Source of the DNA: Antedon mediterranea
Lineage: Eukaryota > Animalia > Echinodermata
Length of the DNA: 64,000 nucleotides
Direction of reading: 5' to 3'
Assembly: GCF_964355755.1 (NCBI RefSeq)
Contig: NC_092679.1
Coordinates: forward strand, 15,669,432-15,733,431
A program made the translations under genes and the position numbers. Under the pieces are notes generated by a model. The model had not been told where the DNA came from, ran no database searches, and was given only the letters and a program-made list of their open reading frames with translations. Positions 54,682-64,000 of the stretch are shown piece by piece. Within the stretch, counting starts at the first letter, position 1, and every line of letters begins with the position of its first letter.

Positions 54682-54845
54682 ATACTCAAATCTAAAACTC
54701 ATCTGTCTGTTCTCACTTGTCAGATGATTATCTTAAGTGCATACTCAAATCTAAAACTCATCTGTCTGTTCTCACTTGTCAGATGATTATCTTAAGTGCA
54801 TACTCAAATCTAAAACTCATCTGTCTGTTCTCACTTGTCAGATGA
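54682..54845. repeat. 59-bp tandem repeat x~2.8
   Basis: atactcaaatctaaaactcatctgtctgttctcacttgtcagatga repeated. Confidence 0.92.
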
Positions 54846-55369
54846 CAGGAGTTTAACTCTCTTACAAGGTGAGTATTAGGTTATTAATATCATATACGTT
54901 ATTTACATGACGGCTGAGAATACAAACTGATTCCTAAGGACATATACAATGGTGTTGGCCATTTAGTTTAGAGTAAAAAATCTCTACACACAAGTGATAA
55001 ACACAGAACTTATCAATATTAAGATACAGTTGAGGAGTAGAGCACTCTACACTCTAGGATAGGATGTCAGACGGTTTTAACACACTTTACAATATAAACA
55101 CAACATTCTTCTCCACAAATGTGGTCAGGGCCGGCCTTGCTCTAACAGAATACTTGCACTGTCTTTTCCAATCTTGCAGTTTTGTATAAAAAAGCATAGC
55201 ACCACGTTGAAGATTACAATTGATCACATAACATTTAAATTGCTTTTGAATGACCTCTTGATCTTTGACCTATGACATATTTCATCCATATAATACATTC
55301 ATAAATAGCTGCTGGCTTTTGAATATAATTTGGTCACTATTGTACAATTAAAAGACCAAATGTCATAGG

Positions 55370-58300
55370 TCAAGAGTCAGAAAACACAACAACTGGGAAT
55401 TGCTTAATGTGGCTATGTGTTTGTGCCGTCAGCTGGAAAAACTTTACCCCTGTTAATTCATTGCCGTCGATGTTCACTGTAAAAAGAAGACAAAAAATGT
55501 AAATATACAAATACAAAAAAAAAACGTTTTATGCTCTGTCTACACTATCAAACTAGTTTTATCAAACTTTATGTGACAAAAAAGTGTGATGTGCCCAAAT
55601 ATGGTAATGGTATGCCTAAATATGGTAGTGATATGACATTTAATCATGTCCATATAATTATGGGCACATCAAATTTAAAAAAAAAAAAAAAAAAATTATT
55701 GACACTCTTCAGTTGGCTGGAAGATTTGTTCTTACTTTTCTTTAACCTGGTTAATGTATGTACACTTTATAAATTTAATAATATTAATAACGTACCTGTC
55801 AGAGAGTTACTCTGCGAGCGTGACGTACATACTAATCGATAAATACCATCAATAACCTGACTTTTCTCTGAGTCTTTGTACTTCTTACCAATACGCATTA
55901 CTGTCAAAGAGAAAGCATACGTACATAATTTTTTTAAAGATTTATAATTATTGTTATTATGTTTTAAGTCTGGCAAGCGGTTAATACTGATCATGTGATT
56001 ATAATCAGTTTTACAGGAAGTACTACATATATTTCTAATGCCTGGTATGATTTTAAATATTACATCACAAGACATTTTTTTTTTTCATTATTTTTATTGA
56101 ATCGCAAATGTAGCAAAAAATAAGAATGTGCGAAAATATTGGGCTTTAGAGGATATGGGATAATTTAAAATATTGGGCTTTAGAGTATATGGGATAATTT
56201 AAAATATTGGGCTTTAGAGTTTATGGGATAATTTAAAATATTGGGCTTTAGAGTATATGGGATAATTTAAAATATTGGGCTTTAGAGTTTATAGGATAAT
56301 TTAAAATATTGGGCTTTAGAGTTTATGGGATAATTTAAAATATTGGGCTTTAGAGTTTATGGGATAATTTAAAATATTGGGCTTTAGAGTTTATGGGATA
56401 ATTTAAAATATTGGGCTTTAGAGTTTATAGGATAATTTAAAATATTAGACTTTAGAGTTTATGGGATAATTTAAAATATTGGGCTTTAGAGTTTATGGGA
56501 TAATTTAAAATATTGGGCTTAGCGTTTATGGGATAATTTAAAATATTGGGCTTTAGAGTTTATGGGATAATTTAAAATATTGGGCTTTAGAGTTTATGAG
56601 ATAATTTAAAATATTGGGCTTTAGAGTTTATGGGATAATTTAAAATATTGGTCTTTAGAGTTTATGGGATAATTTAAAATATTGGGCTTTAGAGTTTATG
56701 GGATAATTTAAAATATTGGGCTTTAGAGTTTATGGGATAATTTAAAATATTGGGCTTTAGAGTTTATGGGATAATTTAAAATATTGGGCTTTAGAGTTTA
56801 TGGGATAATTTAAAATATTGGGCTTTAGAGTTTATGGGATAATTTAAAATATTGGGCTTTAGAGTTTATGGGATAATTTAAAATATTGGGCTTTAGAGTT
56901 TATGGGATAATTTAAAATATTGGGCTTTAGAGTTTATGGGATAATTTATTTATTTTATAAATCTGTGAATAAGAAAATGTATATTATGGTTGAGTCTGTG
57001 TTTTTAATTAGATTAACATGCTTCAACTAGGGGTATGTAACTTGATATACAGACAGGTACATTTTTATCATACCTTGTTTTGTTTTCTTGTTCCTTTCTT
57101 TTGTCACTACCGTCATTGACAGCGACGAATCTGATTGGTCCTTTGACAAACGATTTACAATCAATGACCTGAATGTTGTCTTCAATGATGACTTGTCTTT
57201 CTTCATACCAGAACACATTGGCCAATACTCAACTTGTAAGTCCATCAACTCTGCCACTGCTGCTGCCGCCGGAGGACTGGTACTGAATACAAGGAAACAT
57301 TAGTAATTTTATAATTTATAATCAATAATCACAGTTTTCACAAGTTGAAATGTACACCAGTGTTTTGTAACTAAGATTATACTTAAAATCTCAAGGATAT
57401 TTATAATATGATAATTGTGCATGTGTGAGTAATTAAAACAATGTCATTATAATTCTAGTGAACATGACTCAAAACAAAAACACTTAAATTTAATTCTAAA
57501 GCTTGGTTCCTACTTGGACACAGCACCCCGCAAGTAATTTAACCAATCACACCACAATGATTCATCCAAACGTCACTTGTGATTGCGGTTTGCCTACATC
57601 GTACAGCTTTATGTACCATTTCAAAATGATTCTAATACAAAATTTTGCTTTCTTACACTAAAACATTCCTGGCTTTGTTTGTATCAAACCTGTTAATGGC
57701 GGTAATTTTCGATGTTGGTTTCGATTAAATAAAATTTTAAAAAAACAAATAAATTAAATAAATAAAAACTATTTTTTGGAAGGTAATCATACAGTGTTTA
57801 TTGCAGTGACTCAATCTAAATTATACATTAAAATAAAATATTTGACTGCAGTAACTTCATTAGAATATTTTTGACACATAATTTTGCTTAATAAGAAAAA
57901 AATGAATAGTTAGTATTATATACAATAAAAATAAATTTAACTAACATAAAACTTTTTATCAGAAGTTAATAGTTCAAATAAAGTCAACTGATGATAGCAA
58001 AAATATATGGCTTTATGGTCTAACAGTCTGATACTTTAAGGTGTAGGTTCAAATCTTGACAGATATTTCATACAATAAATAAATGGAACCCTTCTTGATG
58101 AACTTCCACATGTTTGGATAGGAAGAGATCATGTTTTGAAATATTCCCCTTTTTTTTTCTTCTAAAATATGATTGCATTATTTATGAAATGTTATTTTAG
58201 TTTATAAATATTATTCATATAAAGTAATTTGATACAGAATATGCATTAAAATTCATAGAAAGAATATATTACAACATATGATAATATGATATCACACGAA

Positions 58301-61300
58301 AATAAACTAGCTAGAAAAATTAATGTTATTGTGCGTGAAACATACTGCGATGACATGCTTAATCATTATTAAAGAAAAATAGTAAAATTATCAAAATTTT
58401 AATTTATGAAAACTGAACTCCTATTAAGTGCCCCCTTACGTTGGCTGTAGTGTTAACAATTATGCGTTCCTTTAATTAATAGGGGTGTCCCAAAAAGAGG
58501 TTCTAATGTATCTGCAAACCAATAACCAGGGGGTTTGTAGGGTTAAAAAATTACCCCCATATTTTCTGAAGTGCCCTTTTCAAACTGGAGACCAGCAGTT
58601 AAAATTTTAGTAAATAGACTGTCTTAAGTCTTGACAATTTTTGGCCAATACTATCATATCAAGCCAGCAAGCAAATTATTTTCATCAATTAGGCCTAAAT
58701 AGCTTTGCTTATGCTTGTACTTATTTGTGTAAAAAAGAACCCCGCTGCAAAAATCCTGGCTACATTTAAATCTACAAATGGTTGTGTAAAGAATATAAAA
58801 CAGTGAAAATGTAAACATAAACAAATAACAGTACTCTGGTACTATTCAAGATAAGAATAAAAAAATTGCAATTTTGTAATGTAATATTTTACTGGTTTTT
58901 TTTAATTCTGTCTACACTATCAAACTAGCTTGACAAAAAAAGTGTGATGTGCCGAAATATGGTAGTGATATGCTTAAATATGGTCACATCAAATTTTAAA
59001 GTGCAGACGATGATTCAACATTTTGTGTGACCCAATCTTTACACTCAAGTGCTCAACATTATTGTTTTATTTACAGTACCGTATTTATATTTTGTATACT
59101 CTTTAAAAAGCATGTATTATAATTATTTAGCAAGCTTAGTTTTTGGGATAATCTCACAAACTGTTTTACCTCATAAACAATGTTATTGCAGTAAAAAATG
59201 TAGTTACTGCAGTAGAATAATTTTGACATGATCTCTTAACAAATATGAAGACATGTAAAATAAAAACATTTAAAGCTTTACAAAAAGAAATTGGAAAAAG
59301 GAGGTATTTACATAGTAAAACAATGATAACATGACAAAATGAATGCAAGAATAATAATTTCTCTGTACAATAAATGCTATATGAAAATGAAATAAAATGT
59401 ATAAAATAATTACACATAATTAAATAGATTTAAAGATGTCAGTAACATCAGAGTTCTCTAACTACTTGCTATAATTTCAGTAGTTTTTTACACATCATTC
59501 TGCACGCATGTTTCTAAGCATACGCAGAACAGATTATCCGACTTAACAGTTGTGTAGTTACTTGGCGTGTAATGAAAAACGAAAGGCTACAATGATACGC
59601 TTTTTTATTTGTCTGTAATTACTGTTTTTTATCAAGGATTTCTCATACCTTTTGGCCAAATATAATATTATTATGGGAAAACAAATAATGAAATGAAATA
59701 AAATAATATATGCAACTGAAAAAGACAACAATTTATGCAATGATGATAAAAAAAATTGAAATTGAAATTCATGATTAAAAACAATAGTTTACCTGACAAG
59801 ATCAACTAGCGAATCTCTCCTTTTGGGGAAATAAACATGCAGACAAGAAAAACAAACAGAAGGGAAGAAATAAAAACAATACCGTCATGCTTAATACACA
59901 TTAAATATACATATATTGGGATTAAAAAAAAAACAATATAACTCAACGTCTACAACCACAATTATTATATTATGATTAGGAACAGTTCACTACACAATTC
60001 TGGTCATACAGTAAAACTACAAAGCAATACGGTGTATCGGCACATGCCTGCAAATCACTCCCTGTTGTGATAGCTTAAGCATTAGTGACAAATTAATTTC
60101 AAATTGGCGTAGTAACGCCGATTGGTTTAGGTAGGCATGTCGAGACGTTGTTATGCTCTATTCATTTTTATGTAGTCTTCAGTTTCTCTACGGCCTAACA
60201 TCCTAAACTTTCTTTTCACCACAAACATACCCCCTCCACCCCAAATAAGCATGTAAAATATAGAAAACAATAACCCAACTAAAAAAAAGATAAACCGTCA
60301 TATTGAGGACTGCCATAAGGTGTGAAAGCATACAATTATTATTCCTGATATATCCATATAACATATATCCATACTTATATTACATGTACACAAGTTATTG
60401 ATAAGTTTGAATGAGTCATTGAATTGTTTGGTAAAAAACAAGAAATCTGTATAAATACCTTTGTTGTACAACGTTATTAGTGATGGTGGCTGGACTTGAT
60501 GGTGGGGTTGGACCCTCTTTGTCTTTAGGGCTCGTTGACAGAGGAGAAGAACCATCCTCAGGTTCTAAAAAATAAACCAAATAAATATAATGCAGAAATA
60601 AAAAGTGATCATCAAATAATTTCAATTCGTCATGTGACCAGTTGGCTTGGGTAGTCATATTTGATTCTTCAGGTATTAAACACCATTTTAAAACTTACCA
60701 GAAAATGATGATGCAGATGAGCTAGAAGAATTGGCCCCAATTGTAACGCTCTGTAAAAACAAAAGTTCGAGTCAATAAAATTAAAGTTACTTGAACAAGC
60801 ACTGACAGAAATATAACTGAGAAAACAAACATTGGCAGAAACAAACACTGACAAAACATTGACAGAAACAAGCAAAAGCAGAAACAAACATTGACAGAAA
60901 CAAACATTGACAGAAACAAACACTGACAAAACAAACACTGACAGAAACAAACACTTACAGAAACAAGCAAAGGCAGAAACAAAAATTGACAGAAACAAAC
61001 ATTGACAGAAACAACACTGGCAAAAACAAACATTGACAGAAAAAACACGGGCAGAGTGTATTTCTGTTGGTGCTTGTATCTCTTTCCAGTTTGTCTTGCT
61101 GTCAATTTGTCTGGCAGAAAAAAACACTAACATGACAGAAACATAAAACAAAATTAATTGTTTCATACATTTATGAATGGAATAAACTTTTGAGTTGACT
61201 CAGCCCCAGTATTTTTCTGTTTGTAGTTCACCATGACTTCTCCAATTCTAAGCTGATGGTTGCATGTTGCGGTGTTCAAGTACTTTGATACTCTACTCAC

Positions 61301-61314
61301 GATTCCATGCGTAT
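55370..61314 (-). CDS. PACS2: Phosphofurin acidic cluster sorting protein (PACS1/2 co-ortholog), 3' part; exons 61314-61169, 60750-60699, 60564-60459, (59819-59793 candidate microexon), 57282-57074, 55900-55796, 55476-55370
   Basis: IVSRVSKYLNTATCNHQLRIGEVMVNYKQK..ESTQKFIPFI, TPPSSP, ELMDLQVEYW, KSSLKTTFRSLIVNRL, LSMTVVTKERNKK, KSQVIDGIYRLVCTS, IDGNELTGVKFFQL..HIKQFPVVVF; phases match. The gene continues beyond the window. Confidence 0.93.
56133..56947. repeat. 34-bp minisatellite, ~24 copies, in a PACS intron
   Basis: aaaatattgggctttagagtttatgggataattt repeated almost perfectly. Confidence 0.97.
60800..61145. repeat. Degenerate ~16-bp minisatellite in a PACS intron
   Basis: gacagaaacaaaca(t/c)t repeated; source of the Cys/Phe/Val-rich ORFs 60669-61166. 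Confidence 0.88.
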
Positions 61315-63645
61315 CTGTAAGAAAAGAATAATAATAGGGTTTTTTTAATTTATTTTTATTTTATGTCCTTAGGCAATGTTGCCAAGGATTACCAATAGTG
61401 AATTGATCTATCTCTGTCCTATCAGATAGGTGGTAATCCCCCTAAAAAATGTTTGAACAAGTATATTCTTGCATTGATGTTGTTTTACAGTAACAATGTT
61501 GCTGTTACTTTAGTTACTGAATATTTACTGCAGCTAATTCTTCTGGAGCAGTGCCCAATCGCAGAAAATATTAAAGGTAGTCTCTTACAAGTTTTATTCT
61601 GTTTGGAAAAAACAAACAGGGTGCAAAATCATACAATGTTTGTTATCGTAGTAACTGTTTTGAATCAATAATAATTTTACAAGGACGCTGTGCAGGAAAT
61701 CAGCTATCATAATAATGCGTTTGTGAGATGGAGCTCTAAGCTTAGCAAAACATTAAATTAAATGGCTTGATGGGAAATTTATTTTTAATCAAGAAATTAA
61801 TATCCAGTGTGTTTGTCATTGAGGTCATTTTTTCAGTGTCAAAAATGTTACCATCATTTCTGTTCTATTATCTATTCAGCAGCAATCTGTACAATTTTTC
61901 TGTTGATAAATTAATAACACTCTTATAATTTTGTGCAAAGTGTTGATAATGATCCAGTTATTGTATTGGTGTCACAAATTAATTAAACAAAATGTATTAA
62001 TTATTCAAATTAATTTCGTATACACGTACTAACAAATTGCTCCATCCGTTGAATACATTTTGTAATTTAAAGTCTCATATTCTTATAAATTAATTATCTT
62101 TAATTTATACAAAATCTTATAACACCACCAATTTGTCTTTAGCAAAATTGAATTTATATTGAAGAACTATTTACCAAGCATAGGAACATTTATTTATCCA
62201 ATTTTTATATTTTAAATTAAGTGTTTCTTTTTAAATAGTTGTAAGGATATATAATATTTTTTTGTCTGATTCTATACCATCTCAGTCCTTTAAATGTGGT
62301 ATAATTTCATTCCTGGTTCAATGACTTGGAAAAAAAAAGAAACAAATTTATATAGGCCAGTATTTAAATAGGACAGCTTTCACTAATAAGCTAATGAATA
62401 TTCATGAGGACAATGACTTTTTGTAGACAACCAGTTTTTTTTAAAGACATTTAATTTGCTCACTCCTGATTGCTATATTAAACTGTATTGAGTTGAAAAT
62501 ATTTGTAAATAGGTCAACATTAAATAGGCTCATTCACAAACATTAACAGCCATTATGAAAATTTATGGAGATTGAGTTACTATACTGCCTCTAAAGTTGG
62601 TCGGTTATAAACAATTAAACTATTTTGGATTGAAATGTTTGTGAATATGGGTCACTTTTAGATAGAACAGCATGACACCAACTTACTTTACTTTAAAAGT
62701 AATGAAAATTAACGACCTCATCTGTGTAACATTTTTTTTTCAAAATCTTTAAGTTGGTCGTTTACGAAAAGGTTACGACTGTGTTGAATTAAAACTGTTT
62801 TTATATATTGGAACAACATACACTAACGTTGAAAATTATTATGAAAATTTATGGGTACTGACTTTACCTATGCTTTTTTTTAACCTTTAAGTTGGTCATT
62901 TATGAAAGGTTAAATAGTATTGGGAAAAAGGGTTTTCATGTCATGTTTTCATGAAACAGAATTCAGTAATATTTAACACAAACCGCTATTAAGGCCAATT
63001 TACAGATGAGTGGTAACGATAGCGGAAACCCCTGCATTTACCACTCGGCCACTTGACTTGACTAATTGAATCTTGAAGCAAACACAGACATTGACATTTT
63101 ATTTCTAAATTATATTGGTAATTACTTCATCAACAACCCTGCCTTTTGAAGACATTTAATTTGGTAATTGGCAAACATTAGACAGACCTGCATACAGCAA
63201 TAAAAAAAAAGTAATCATGAAACCAATCTTCTGTTTCAAATTTTTTTTAATCAAATTCAAAAAATTAAATCATCACATTAAAACATATAAAAAATCATGT
63301 TTGTTTCTACTTTGTAGTTAAATATCAATTTATATACATTTATGTCTTTTCTGTTACTTAGCATTGCTATAATATAATTATAATCATAGATTCATGTTGT
63401 TTTATTTTATATTACTGCAAGCGAGTATATTTTAAGATAAAGACAGAATAGAAAAGACAAATTAAAAATGGAACATAGAATATGAACATAACATTAACCA
63501 AGAACATCCAGTGTAACTGTTGAATCTTACAGAATATATATAGCATATAACACATTTCAATTCATAATTTCTATACTGAAAACATAATTTGATTAATCAT
63601 ATGACGTAATATATGTACTACATATAACAATGTAAAAATGAACAT

Positions 63646-64000
63646 AAATGAAGGTGTTCTATGTAAATTTAAAGGTGTTCCATATATAACAATGAAGGTT
63701 TTCTATAGGTAAAATTAAAGGTGTTCCATATAACAATAAAGGTGTTCTATAAGTAAAATTTGAAGGTGTTCCATATATAACGATGAAGGTACTCTATATG
63801 TAAAATTGAAGGAGTTCTATATGTAAAATTGAAGGAGTTCTATATGTAAAAATGAAGGTGTTCTATATTTAAAAATGAAGGTGTTCTATATAAAAATGAA
63901 GGTGTTCTATATGTAAAAATGAAGGTGTTCTATATGTAAAAATGAAGGTGTTCTATATGTAAAAATGAAGGTGTTCTATATAAAAATGAAGGTGTTCCAT
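63646..64000. repeat. ~23-bp minisatellite running off the window end
   Basis: aaaatgaaggtgttctatatgta repeated. Confidence 0.92.

Noticed and set aside
59562-59586. Second possible PACS microexon (AG...GT bounded, 25 nt)
   Set aside because: Not a multiple of three, would frameshift the conserved C-terminus, and the acceptor is weak.
60669-61166. Cys/Phe/Val-rich 165-aa and 127-aa ORFs resembling membrane or metallothionein-like proteins
   Set aside because: Products of an intronic 16-bp repeat in PACS; the true exons are defined by splice sites and homology.

Overview
AT-rich, intron-containing animal genomic DNA, probably an invertebrate deuterostome (inferred from protein style and intron positions only; not determinable here). 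Seven spliced protein-coding genes were assembled by hand from splice signals and reading-frame continuity: ALKBH6 (+, 5'-partial), PPM1A/B-type PP2C phosphatase (-), a single-domain secreted GH1 beta-glucosidase (lactase-phlorizin-like, +), EXOSC5/RRP46 (-) head-to-head with YIF1 (+), an uncharacterised ~370-aa beta-propeller gene (+), and the 3' part of PACS (-). Intergenic and intronic DNA holds a hAT-type element with 5-bp TSD that contains a nested AcademX element, a decayed RTE-type LINE, a ~700-bp foldback element, about 14 copies of one palindromic MITE, several other MITE/SINE families and many minisatellites. Most notable: the orphan BBS/ITFG2-like propeller gene, a U12-type intron in EXOSC5, a Penelope-type minimal hammerhead ribozyme motif in a PPM1 intron, a candidate 27-nt PACS microexon creating an RRDS motif, a tandem-duplicated decoy acceptor before the ALKBH6 HxD exon, split tRNA-Ser halves in reversed order, and a gene set matching the human 2p/11q13/14q/19q13 paralogon. 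No prokaryotic systems or CRISPR arrays are present. All family assignments come from recognised motifs; no searches were run.
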